IMG/VR virus record: IMGVR_UViG_3300045988_014834
Coordinates: 1-41,350 of that record
Length of the DNA stretch: 41,350 nucleotides
Source of the DNA: a virus
Lineage: Duplodnaviria > Heunggongvirae > Uroviricota > Caudoviricetes
Strand: one strand, 5' to 3'
In this document: one piece after another, positions 32,856-41,350 of the stretch
Layout: each line of letters starts with the position of its first letter
How positions within the stretch are numbered: the stretch's first letter is position 1
Made by a program: the position numbers and the translations under genes
Notes under the pieces: generated by a model
Databases searched by the model: none
Told to the model about the DNA's origin: nothing
Seen by the model: only the letters and a program-made list of their open reading frames with translations

Positions 32856-34721
32856 CTGTTTAACGCGCATAAGCCAGGGGGCATCTGCGGTGTTGAACGC
32901 AAGTACGACAACACTGCCTGGCGGGAGAACTCCCAGACCCAGACTCCCTTTTGCGTAGGTGCTGCCCGCCAGTGGCCATACCTGAACTGTGTTAACCACA
33001 ACGCTGGTAATAGAGCCGCCAATCAGGGTTATGTTTTCTGGCCTTGCACCAACTGTAATGGTGAGCGGCGAGGTAGCTCCCGCAAAAGTTGCCGTGGTGA
33101 CCCCCCGCGCTTTATCACCTTTGTTATTCTCGAACACCATCCCAGTTTTTTCGGCCCCGCCGATACCATCGCCGGATTGCGACCGGAAAAAGTTACTAGA
33201 AATATGAAGCTGTCCAACATGATTATCCACCGAAATACACGCAGAGGTGCTACTACGGAATGTATTCGCTGTGATATCCGTAAAGTTAGCAGTAGAGCCA
33301 AACTGAACCGGGACAGTACCTCCGTTAATGGTGCTGCCAGTTAGCTTGGTCCCTACGCCGGCATCTAACAAAAATGCGTTATTTATATAAGCCTGAGCAC
33401 CGTCAATTAACACAGTATCTGCTCCCGGGCCAATGTTAATAGCGTAATCTGTATCCTGGCCCGCGAACCAACAACTATTAAACTGGGCGGCCCGGACATT
33501 GTCCAGATAGATAAAATTAACATTCGACGGCGAGTCAAAGTTGACGCTGTCAAACATCAATGAAATGGCTTTCGCGGTAGAACTCGCGCCAACCTCAAGA
33601 TGCACCTTAGAGTAAGAATAGAACACGGCAGCCCGGACGAACACACCTTCTACATAATCACCCAGGCTCATACCCGTAACGCCCCGTTCAAAGCGTCCAC
33701 CACTGATAGTAGTGTCGAATGTTTTCAGGGCACCATTCCCGAGACCTACCAGTTGAATATCTTTACCGGTCGTACCGGTTGACGCACAGTTGATAATGTT
33801 GGTTACGATAGTGTTATTAAGTCGGATAAAACCAAACGCTTTATTATCACCATAGCAGTAAGCATTTTTAATAGTCATCAGCCCGACATTTTGCGCCACA
33901 ATCTGCTGCTGGGTGGTAGCTACAGTGTTGGTCATGGTCGCGCCAATAATCATGGGCGAATTAACCTGACTGCTGCCGAAGCCGATACGGAAATGAGGCG
34001 CGTCTACAGTCTGCATGATTTCAGAACGGTCAAAATTCAACTCAATCTGAGACGTGACATTTATTGCCGCGGAAATCTTATAGATCTTTTTCGCAGGGAA
34101 TACTGAGCTCTCAACAGTCCTGACGCCACTCAATGCCGCCGCTTGCAGGGCTGCGGTATCGTCTGTAACTCCATCCCCCTTAGCCCCGAAATCCTCAAAT
34201 GTAAGAACATCACTATTTTTATTATGCTGCGTTCTTGCAACGGCCTCCGTAACTGGTTGCCGGGTTGTTACAAGGGCGTCGCCTAAGTTATCAGCGGGGG
34301 ATAACAACTGACCGCGCAAAGTGATGTCGCCAACGGGACGCCATGCGCCAGACGCAATACCACCAGTTGACGACGGAGAAGAACCGGCCGGTATAACCTT
34401 CGGCAGCAATCCCTGCCAGTAATAGTAATCGTTGTCGCCACCGCCGGCAGACGGCCACAGGACCGATTTATTCCTGTCGTTTGTACTTAGTGTGCCGCCC
34501 GTTGTGAAATCAAAGGATGCCGGTTCGAAGCCGATATCGCGCATGATTGCGGGGAGAGTTTTCTGGGTCTGCCCAGTAACCTGATTTGTCGCGTAATCGA
34601 TATCAGCACCCGTAGCAACACCGCCGGATTTACCCGTGATAACCTCAGCCTCGAAAATCTGGTGTTTCTTGGCGGTCTGTAAATCCGCCAGGCTTAAAAC
34701 GTCACCGCATCCGCTTGACAT
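32853..34721 (-). CDS. Tailspike / receptor-binding protein (probable beta-helix), 622 aa
   Basis: Last gene of the tail operon; Asn/Gly/Thr-rich periodic composition. Confidence 0.55.
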   Translation of the reverse strand: MSSGCGDVLSLADLQTAKKHQIFEAEVITGKSGGVATGADIDYATNQVTGQTQKTLPAIMRDIGFEPASFDFTTGGTLSTNDRNKSVLWPSAGGGDNDYYYWQGLLPKVIPAGSSPSSTGGIASGAWRPVGDITLRGQLLSPADNLGDALVTTRQPVTEAVARTQHNKNSDVLTFEDFGAKGDGVTDDTAALQAAALSGVRTVESSVFPAKKIYKISAAINVTSQIELNFDRSEIMQTVDAPHFRIGFGSSQVNSPMIIGATMTNTVATTQQQIVAQNVGLMTIKNAYCYGDNKAFGFIRLNNTIVTNIINCASTGTTGKDIQLVGLGNGALKTFDTTISGGRFERGVTGMSLGDYVEGVFVRAAVFYSYSKVHLEVGASSTAKAISLMFDSVNFDSPSNVNFIYLDNVRAAQFNSCWFAGQDTDYAINIGPGADTVLIDGAQAYINNAFLLDAGVGTKLTGSTINGGTVPVQFGSTANFTDITANTFRSSTSACISVDNHVGQLHISSNFFRSQSGDGIGGAEKTGMVFENNKGDKARGVTTATFAGATSPLTITVGARPENITLIGGSITSVVVNTVQVWPLAGSTYAKGSLGLGVLPPGSVVVLAFNTADAPWLMRVKQ

Positions 34722-34733
34722 ATAGAGTCCTCT

Positions 34734-37289
34734 TTAATTAAAACCATTGCTGAATCCGTCGGAGAAACCGCTACCAAAAGGTGCTACGCCGTCGTATTTA
34801 TAAAATCCGTCGTCATAGTTGTAGCCTGTAATCTTGACCGTGCGGTCGTCGCCCGGGTCGATTGAAGAAACAACTATCTTCTGTGCATTATGCCTTGCTT
34901 CGTTGCCGAATGAAAACTCAGTTTTTAGTGCACTATTCCCCGTGTAGATTGCCTCCTCCGGAGCGGAGAGCATAATCACCTCGCGGTCATGGCTTCCTTT
35001 GATAACAGAGATACTCTGCACCGAGCCATCGCGCTTCTTGAGGATGATGGAGTGGTCATCGCCGGGGGTAAACGTAACAGGCTGGGATAGCGTAAGTGTA
35101 AGCCCATTAACGGCAACAACATAACCATCCTGCGGCGCGATACGTGAACCTTTAACCACACTGATTACGCCACCCGGGGTGGCGAGTGCGCCCTCTTCGG
35201 TAGCTTCAAACTCTACGACAACTTTACTTAACGCGTTGCGCTGATAGCGACGCCACGCCAGCCAGTACGCTTGCTGATAGTTGCGCACGCCCTTCGATTC
35301 GTATTCCTCGGTGTTTGCGCCGAGTTCTTCCGGGATATAAATAGTTTCCTGTACGTTAGTATCCGGGTCTATGTACGAGAACGACAGGCTATCGTAGGTT
35401 GTCGAATCGTTGAATGTGCGCGACCATTTCTCTGTACCAGTAGTTTTGCTGCGGTGGGTGAACACCATCTCTGGCCCAGCTACCGGGCGGTCGAATCGCA
35501 GCATAATATCCGCGCCTTTACGGTATGCAGTACAGAACACGGCCTCCGCTATTGTCTGAACGATGTCCTGCATCGTGGTGTCATAGTCGTCGAACGTGTA
35601 GCAGAACTGCCCCGCTAATTCACTGCCGAAATATGACTCAATTTCTTCCTGCACAGCAAGTAACTTGTCCATGTTTGCCGTTGTCAGTTCCAGATTGCCT
35701 ACTGCGGGGTCGCGAGCCAATCGTATCAACGACTGCACCGCCTGAGTGTTTGGCGACATTACTGTATCGAATACCCCATTGCCTAAGTATTTGTAGCACA
35801 TCTCGGTTGCGATCATGCGTAGCTCGGGGTTGTCGATACTGGCGGCACGCGGTGTCTGTTTGCGGGCGCAGTGTACCGTTGTCCTGTTGCCATAGTGCGG
35901 GGTTGTGTCCAGAGACTGCCCGTACAGGTTAATGAAGGTTATCTCGTCGCTTACCGTTCCGTCGTAGTCCTTGTCGAAATTAGTTATACGGCGCATACGG
36001 GCGCGAAAACGAGATGCGGTCGGCAACTGCCCGTAGATAGACGTACCGACGTAATCCGTATTATTGCCTGTAATTGTGGCCTGTACCGTGTAAATATCGC
36101 TCAACGGGTTGCGCTGAGAATCAATCATCTGATACTGGAGTTCTACCGTTACGCTGGTGCGGTTATAGCCGCCGTCGTATTTGTAGAGGCCGTTCTGCCC
36201 CGCGACGTTAGCGAGCACCCGGTCAACTTCTCCGCGCACCATGTAATACCAGTCGGTCAGGGATACGTCATAGGTGTTGCTAGGGCCGATAAACGTATCA
36301 GAACGCTCTGTAAGTGCGTAAGTCTCTCCGCTATTAAGATTTCCCCAGTTACCTATATTCCCGACGTACAGCCGAACCTCGAAGTCGTCGACATATAAAA
36401 CCTCAAATGAGCCGTTCAGGTTGGTGACGTCCTTAACGTCAAAATTGCTCAACACCGCCACATCACCAACGCTAAGAAACTCAGAAAAAGCAGAGTCACC
36501 TGACGGGTCATATAGGTAGCCGGTGGTCGAAATACGTTTGGCGGTCCCACCAGAGCTTGGGTTAGCCCCGATGTCGTTTGGCGCTTTCAGTACAATACCG
36601 TCAACGTCGTCGTTGGAATATGTCACATAGAGTTTCTGGTCAATGACGTCGCCGATTTGTAGTTGCGGCGATGTGGTGTTGTTCGGTGATGTATACGGCG
36701 CGTATACGGCAACAGAGGAACCTGTGATGTCGCTTATCAGGGTGTCGCCCTCTGTTACGCCATCAGCCTCAATATGCAGATGTCCGCGTCCTGCGTCGTA
36801 GTACGAATACTCCAGTAAAGCACCAGTGGAGTTGAACGCTTTATACGTCTGCATCAGGTCGTTAGGGATTGTCTGCACAGTCCCGCAGATGTCATAAGAG
36901 CGCTCGTAAGGACGCGGCTTGTTGGAGCGGTCTGTGAGGCTGTTGTTCGGTGATGTTGTCTGGTTATTAACAGCGGTATAGTTAGCGTTAGACGTCTGGC
37001 TAAGCCCAAACAACTTGGCGATTGGCTTAAGGATAAAACCGAACACCTTACTAACTGCACCAAGCGCCCCGCTACCAGCACCCTCAATAATGTGGTACAC
37101 AGCGTCTTCGTCTTTAAGCGCGTCGAAGTCGTCCGTTACGTCTGTATCATCGCCAATCTCGCCGAGGTAGACGCGCACCGGCACGCCGTCCGGGATACGG
37201 TTAACGACAAACTCCATCGGCATCCCGACGTGTTTTGTACGGTCGAAAGCGCCTTCCGCGTTTCGCGTGTAGTGCAGGATTATCGCCAA
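34734..37289 (-). CDS. Central tail fibre / tip protein (lambda J-like), 851 aa
   Basis: Large protein after the NlpC/P60-like tail assembly gene. Confidence 0.5.
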   Translation of the reverse strand: MAIILHYTRNAEGAFDRTKHVGMPMEFVVNRIPDGVPVRVYLGEIGDDTDVTDDFDALKDEDAVYHIIEGAGSGALGAVSKVFGFILKPIAKLFGLSQTSNANYTAVNNQTTSPNNSLTDRSNKPRPYERSYDICGTVQTIPNDLMQTYKAFNSTGALLEYSYYDAGRGHLHIEADGVTEGDTLISDITGSSVAVYAPYTSPNNTTSPQLQIGDVIDQKLYVTYSNDDVDGIVLKAPNDIGANPSSGGTAKRISTTGYLYDPSGDSAFSEFLSVGDVAVLSNFDVKDVTNLNGSFEVLYVDDFEVRLYVGNIGNWGNLNSGETYALTERSDTFIGPSNTYDVSLTDWYYMVRGEVDRVLANVAGQNGLYKYDGGYNRTSVTVELQYQMIDSQRNPLSDIYTVQATITGNNTDYVGTSIYGQLPTASRFRARMRRITNFDKDYDGTVSDEITFINLYGQSLDTTPHYGNRTTVHCARKQTPRAASIDNPELRMIATEMCYKYLGNGVFDTVMSPNTQAVQSLIRLARDPAVGNLELTTANMDKLLAVQEEIESYFGSELAGQFCYTFDDYDTTMQDIVQTIAEAVFCTAYRKGADIMLRFDRPVAGPEMVFTHRSKTTGTEKWSRTFNDSTTYDSLSFSYIDPDTNVQETIYIPEELGANTEEYESKGVRNYQQAYWLAWRRYQRNALSKVVVEFEATEEGALATPGGVISVVKGSRIAPQDGYVVAVNGLTLTLSQPVTFTPGDDHSIILKKRDGSVQSISVIKGSHDREVIMLSAPEEAIYTGNSALKTEFSFGNEARHNAQKIVVSSIDPGDDRTVKITGYNYDDGFYKYDGVAPFGSGFSDGFSNGFN

Positions 37290-37645
37290 AATTCAATCTC
37301 CGTGTACGTGTCTCTGAGGTCCGCCAGCCGGTCAAGCCGTACCTGACGGGATGCAAGCTCGCAATGACTCACCATCCCGTCGAAGTAAACTCCCGCGTGC
37401 CACACGATACGACCGCCGCGGCGATACCCCATAAGCACCGCACAGAAGTTTTCAGGCTTATCAATTTTCGTAAGCCCCTTCGTGTTGCGGTGGCCTTCGT
37501 CAAACGCTTCGTTAATTGCCGTTGGGCTTGTAACGTCGAACGCCGGGGTTTCTAATCCGGCATCTGCCCGTACAATGCGCACGTGATGCCAGCAATTGCG
37601 TTTGCGAAAGTCGTAAGGTATGCCCGTGTAATCATTAATATTCAT
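37280..37645 (-). CDS. Tail assembly protein with NlpC/P60-like Cys/His residues (lambda K-like), 121 aa
   Basis: NCWHHV ... VWHAGVY ... HCE pattern; position. Confidence 0.45.
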   Translation of the reverse strand: MNINDYTGIPYDFRKRNCWHHVRIVRADAGLETPAFDVTSPTAINEAFDEGHRNTKGLTKIDKPENFCAVLMGYRRGGRIVWHAGVYFDGMVSHCELASRQVRLDRLADLRDTYTEIEFWR

Positions 37646-38172
37646 GTGGTCAACAGGCCGCGTAATAACGGTATCTCTTTAGGTGTCATCAGTATACCAG
37701 TGCTTCGTTGGTTCAGCATAGGCGTACCGACATCCGCAGAGAACTCGCCCTTCTCCTGGTTGATGGCCTGTAACTCGTACACGACAGGGCCATCAGCCGG
37801 GTAAGACAGGTCGGTGCTGACGTAACGGCGGAATACGAACTTCGGCAACTCGGTATTGCTCATCGGGATTTTATCCATCTCATCGTCCAGTTGATTGAGA
37901 ATATCCGGTAAAGTAAACGTCGTCGTCTGGTCCATATCACTGTTGTTAGCAGCCCCCGACGCCTCCATCGGGGTTGGTTCGAAGGTGATTGTTTCGCCCG
38001 TCTCCAGTGTTGCCGTAAGTTCCTGTAACCCGCGCACAAGATAATACGTCTTTGACAGCAACGGGTGGCTGATTTGCAACGTGATGTAATCCAGTTCGCC
38101 GTCGGGATTTGAGGCCAGCTTACGGCGATAGGCTGCTTCTACTGATTCCTGGCTCATTGCATCGGGTCCCAA
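37642..38172 (-). CDS. Minor tail protein (lambda L-like), 176 aa
   Basis: Synteny after the tape measure gene. Confidence 0.4.
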   Translation of the reverse strand: MGPDAMSQESVEAAYRRKLASNPDGELDYITLQISHPLLSKTYYLVRGLQELTATLETGETITFEPTPMEASGAANNSDMDQTTTFTLPDILNQLDDEMDKIPMSNTELPKFVFRRYVSTDLSYPADGPVVYELQAINQEKGEFSADVGTPMLNQRSTGILMTPKEIPLLRGLLTT

Positions 38173-38654
38173 ATTCGTGGAAACGTCGATTGTGCGGTTC
38201 CGTAGGCTTTAAGGAAACATCCCAGCCCATCACCATAGCAACCATACAAATCCGGCAGATTGTTAACAAGACACTGGTTCTCAAGGTCCTGGAACGGCGA
38301 TTTCTCGGCGGTTGCCGTGAAAGTAATCGTCCAGTTAATGCCGTCTTCGGTGGACTCAGCGATGGTGGACGTGATGGTTACCTGGTAATCCTCGATACCC
38401 ATGCCGAAGTCATGCGCCATCCAGAAACTTGACGCACCGCCATCGACTTTCTCAAGGAACGACAGAAACGCCTGCCGCCCTAGCGCCGATGTAATCAGGG
38501 TTACGCTGACAGGGAACACGTCGTAATACGTGTCACGGCCCTGGCGCACCCCGCCGCCAGCTAAATCAACGCTCCATACGTTGTTGCGTCTGGTCATTGA
38601 GTAGCCTTTCGACACTATAGGACGGAGGCCACGTGGGAAATATAAGTCGCTCAT
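38154..38654 (-). CDS. Minor/distal tail protein (lambda M-like), 166 aa
   Basis: Immediately downstream of the tape measure gene. Confidence 0.4.
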   Translation of the reverse strand: MSDLYFPRGLRPIVSKGYSMTRRNNVWSVDLAGGGVRQGRDTYYDVFPVSVTLITSALGRQAFLSFLEKVDGGASSFWMAHDFGMGIEDYQVTITSTIAESTEDGINWTITFTATAEKSPFQDLENQCLVNNLPDLYGCYGDGLGCFLKAYGTAQSTFPRIWDPMQ

Positions 38655-41077
38655 TATTTGAACCCCGGCGCGTTTCTTGTGGCCTTGCGGGCCTTGCTAA
38701 TCTTACTGTTGCTGTTCTGCAAAGAGGCCGCCACTTGCTCCTCGATGATGATGCGCAAACGACCTTCATCATCTTGTTCGGTGGATACGCGGCCAATCTG
38801 ACTCGATGTGTTATTTACAATGGTAACATTAGTTGGTCCGCTATTTCCGCTATTATCGCCGTTTAACTGTTGTCGTGTTTGGCTTGCGTTCACCGCGCGC
38901 CCCGCCCCTGCCATCTTGATAATCTCGGGGCCGCGCTCACCAACAAGATAGCTGCCGCCCGCGTTCATTTGACCTCCTTGTTCGCGGAACCCCGTTAAGG
39001 CTAACGCTTGGGTACCCGCAACCGTTGATGTGATGCCTGCCATCGCCGGTGCGCTGTTTGTCCCTAGAGTAGCCAGGGACGCCATAGCTGCAGCGGGGGC
39101 ATACGCTGCAGCAATCGCCGCGCCGGTAGCCGATGCTGTCGCGATGGACGCCGCGGATGCCATTTGTCCTATAATCATGTTTTTCAGGTACTCCACCCCC
39201 ATCTGCGTTAGCCCTGAAACGACTGAGGACAGAATGGCGTTACCGAGGTTCGCCATTGCTTCGCTAGCGGTCTGTGTGCCGTTAATGAGGCCAACTATGG
39301 AGCTGGATGCGGATGCACCAACAGCGTCAAGGGAATCCATTAACATATTGTTCCACTCGGACTGGTTGCGGAAACGCTCCTCGGCCGCGGCGGCCAACCC
39401 ATCGTTATACTGCTTGTCCAGTTCAGCCCGTGCCTGCAACGCGACTTCATGTACGGAGTTTTCTTGTGCCTCATATTCCTCTATAACCGCAAGACGCTTC
39501 TGCCGTTCAAGCTGTAAGTTTGCTATGGGGTCGATTGATGCCAGAACCGCTACACCTTGTTGCAGTTTTTTCTGTTCCTCGGCTAACTCTTTATCAATAG
39601 CGTCTTGTCGTTTTTGCCCGTATTGAAGAACTATTGCGGTTTTCGCCTTTTCATATTCTTCAGCAGTTAGCGCCCCTTCTTTTCGGTATTTAGCGGCCTC
39701 CTTAAGTTTCTGCTGTTCCTGAGCGTCAATAGCCTTTAACTCGTCGTTGTTCTGACGGGCCAGAGTATCGAGATAATCTTGCGCCTGTTTACGCAATTGC
39801 TCCGCTTTCTTAGCGGCGGCTTTCGCATCTTTGTCGTTGGTGTTTCCGGCTCCGCCATTTCCGCCCTTTTTATTAACAAGGCTGGCCAAGTCAATTTCCT
39901 GCTTCTTGCGCTCGTCGTACTGCTTGCGCTGTTCCTCAATTTCTTTCTTACGCTGCTTAGACCTGTTGGTAATGGCCTGTGATTCCGCCTCTGCGCGTTT
40001 TATGCTGGCGGCGTATGCGGCGTCGGCCTCTGCGGTCAGGTTTTTAAATGTGAGCGCTGCCGTTTTGCTCGGGTCAAACACGTCGGCAAGGGTCTGTCCT
40101 AACGCTACGGCGTAATCGTCAATGCGCTGGAACCACGCAATAACCTCGTGGAATGTCTGCTGGATGTCAGGCAGCCACTCACGGATAGCGTCCGGTATAG
40201 TTCCCAGCGAGTCGGACATATCAACGGATTTGTCCTCTGTATCGAATGCCAGGTCATCCAGGGCATCAGAAATAAACTTGAACGACTCATTGAACAGCGT
40301 TACCCAATCCTGGAGCGTGGCTGCTATCTCATTAGACGCTATAGCGTCGGTGAGCGCTGTAATAGCATCTTCCGCTGTTGCTGCTTGTTCACCTACCGCG
40401 TCACCAAAACCGGATTGTGCTACCGCGAGAACAAGGCCATCGAAGGAGTCGGCGAGGCTTGACAATTGACCGTCTAATGTCTTCGAGCGCGTCTCCATCG
40501 CTCCGGCGAAATCAGTGTTGCCAATGTTTAGCAGGTATTTCTGAATCTCTTCGGAGTTCTTCTTAACCGTGGTTGTTACGCCGCGGAACGTGAAAGAAAC
40601 GGTATCCGCCTGTTGCGACGACTTGATGCCAAACTCTTTTAGTCGCTCAAACTCAAAGGTACTGGCGTCGGCAACTGCCTCAATCATCTGATTAAGGTCT
40701 TTACCCATCGCCGCCGCGGTGTTGCCGTAGGAGATTAATGCCTCTTTGCTGGGGTTCAGACCCAGGGCCACCAGCTTAGTAAAGCCTTCCACCGCCTGAT
40801 TAAGCCCGTATGGTGTTTCTTTTGCGAACTGTTGCAGGACGCTGAAAGCCTTAGCCGCGTTCTCTGCGCTTCCGGTCATCGTGATGAGGCCGGAGTTCAG
40901 CTTGTCGAAGTTGCGCTGGGAGTCCACCAGCGCGCTGAATACCTGCTTAGCAGTTTCCAGACTGACAACGGCGGCGGCGGCAGCGCCCGCAGCTTTGGTA
41001 AGCCCGTTCAGTTGTGATGTGGTTTTATCGACGCCGGTCGATGATACTCGTACTATCAAACTAGCGGTATCAGCCAT
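38654..41077 (-). CDS. Tail tape measure protein (track start is a TTG at 41092; likely ATG at 41077)
   Basis: Long Ala/Gln/Glu-rich coiled-coil protein with Gly-rich C-terminal region; sits between chaperone and minor tail genes. Confidence 0.8.
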   Translation of the reverse strand: MADTASLIVRVSSTGVDKTTSQLNGLTKAAGAAAAAVVSLETAKQVFSALVDSQRNFDKLNSGLITMTGSAENAAKAFSVLQQFAKETPYGLNQAVEGFTKLVALGLNPSKEALISYGNTAAAMGKDLNQMIEAVADASTFEFERLKEFGIKSSQQADTVSFTFRGVTTTVKKNSEEIQKYLLNIGNTDFAGAMETRSKTLDGQLSSLADSFDGLVLAVAQSGFGDAVGEQAATAEDAITALTDAIASNEIAATLQDWVTLFNESFKFISDALDDLAFDTEDKSVDMSDSLGTIPDAIREWLPDIQQTFHEVIAWFQRIDDYAVALGQTLADVFDPSKTAALTFKNLTAEADAAYAASIKRAEAESQAITNRSKQRKKEIEEQRKQYDERKKQEIDLASLVNKKGGNGGAGNTNDKDAKAAAKKAEQLRKQAQDYLDTLARQNNDELKAIDAQEQQKLKEAAKYRKEGALTAEEYEKAKTAIVLQYGQKRQDAIDKELAEEQKKLQQGVAVLASIDPIANLQLERQKRLAVIEEYEAQENSVHEVALQARAELDKQYNDGLAAAAEERFRNQSEWNNMLMDSLDAVGASASSSIVGLINGTQTASEAMANLGNAILSSVVSGLTQMGVEYLKNMIIGQMASAASIATASATGAAIAAAYAPAAAMASLATLGTNSAPAMAGITSTVAGTQALALTGFREQGGQMNAGGSYLVGERGPEIIKMAGAGRAVNASQTRQQLNGDNSGNSGPTNVTIVNNTSSQIGRVSTEQDDEGRLRIIIEEQVAASLQNSNSKISKARKATRNAPGFK

Positions 41078-41350
41078 GATTTCTACCTTCAAAGATTGCT
41101 TCTAAGCCCATGATAATGTCTATCTCGAACAGGCTAAGCTGTTTTTGCGTAACATCGAGATAGGCTTTCAGGTCTTGCCACGTAACGGATTCTCTTGCGA
41201 ACAATACTACAGCGTCCTCGCGCGCGTGTCGCGTAAACTTAATGTCGCAATACGTCTCAAAGGTGGATATAAAAAGGGGTGGGCATTCTGGCCCACCCCG
41301 TCGCGCTGCACGTTTTTTCTTATCGATTACACCCATCGCGATAAGCGCCT
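41070..41350 (-). CDS. T-like -1 frame extension of the tail chaperone; in the circular genome it continues as 56-170
   Basis: Open minus-strand frame from the stop at 171-173 through the junction to 41070, ending in overlap with the tape measure ATG; no convincing own start codon. Confidence 0.45.
   Translation of the reverse strand, partial: ALIAMGVIDKKKRAARRGGPECPPLFISTFETYCDIKFTRHAREDAVVLFARESVTWQDLKAYLDVTQKQLSLFEIDIIMGLEAIFEGRNHG
41276..41299 (-). terminator. Terminator-like hairpin GGGGTGGGC-ATTCTG-GCCCACCCC with T5 on the minus strand
   Basis: Read from sequence; lies inside the chaperone extension frame. Confidence 0.4.
41296..41350. repeat. Second copy of the 55-bp terminal repeat
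   Basis: Identical to 1-55. Confidence 0.9.

Noticed and set aside
32853-34721. Calling the tailspike a P22-type tailspike
   Set aside because: I see no convincing similarity to the P22 tailspike sequence as I remember it, so only the generic receptor-binding call is supported.
35271-36398. Plus-strand ORFs of 115-175 aa within the tail fibre gene
   Set aside because: Antisense to the 851-aa tail fibre gene; Cys/Arg-rich composition and no translation signals.
39030-40566. Several plus-strand ORFs (up to 198 aa) inside the tape measure region
   Set aside because: All lie antisense within the tape measure gene and are Ala/Ser/Cys-rich in the way reverse frames of Ala-rich coiled-coil genes are.
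1-41350. Temperate lifestyle or prophage
   Set aside because: No integrase, excisionase or attachment-site-like tRNA fragment anywhere; the Cro/CI-like HTH gene alone is insufficient, so I treat the phage as probably virulent.
1-41350. CRISPR arrays or tRNA genes
   Set aside because: No regularly spaced short direct repeats and no cloverleaf-compatible segments in any intergenic region; the only repeats are promoters, hairpins and the two ~150-bp elements.

Overview
The window is a complete ~41.3 kb tailed dsDNA phage genome (siphovirus-like), written with a 55-bp overlap: positions 1-55 are identical to 41296-41350, so the record is circularly closed or terminally redundant. There is no integrase, tRNA or CRISPR array. 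A minus-strand late/structural arm runs from terminase (13.6-14.2 kb) through portal, head morphogenesis, scaffold, major capsid, neck and major tail genes, then across the record junction into tail chaperones, tape measure, minor tail proteins, tail fibre and tailspike (32.9-41.1 kb). A plus-strand replication arm (20.6-32.5 kb) encodes a primase/helicase, Cas4-like nuclease, SSB-like protein, family A DNA polymerase, VRR-NUC nuclease, HNH endonuclease and SNF2-like helicase. A minus-strand block of small early genes (14.3-20.2 kb) contains the holin/endolysin cassette. Product calls come from motifs I can read in the translations, not from database searches. The most promising candidates for something new are: (1) a counter-oriented three-gene operon inside the tail module (665-2340) encoding a superinfection-immunity-like membrane protein and an HTH-metallophosphoesterase fusion; (2) an operon of eight translationally coupled small genes ending in an HTH protein (14319-15739); (3) a duplicated ~150-bp noncoding element with compensatory hairpin changes (8307-8460 and 20382-20525). 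Other observations include an orphan methyltransferase, spanins displaced from the lysis cassette, operator-like palindromes in three middle promoters, a probable G/GT-type -1 frameshift spanning the junction, and a split gene at 32543-32826.
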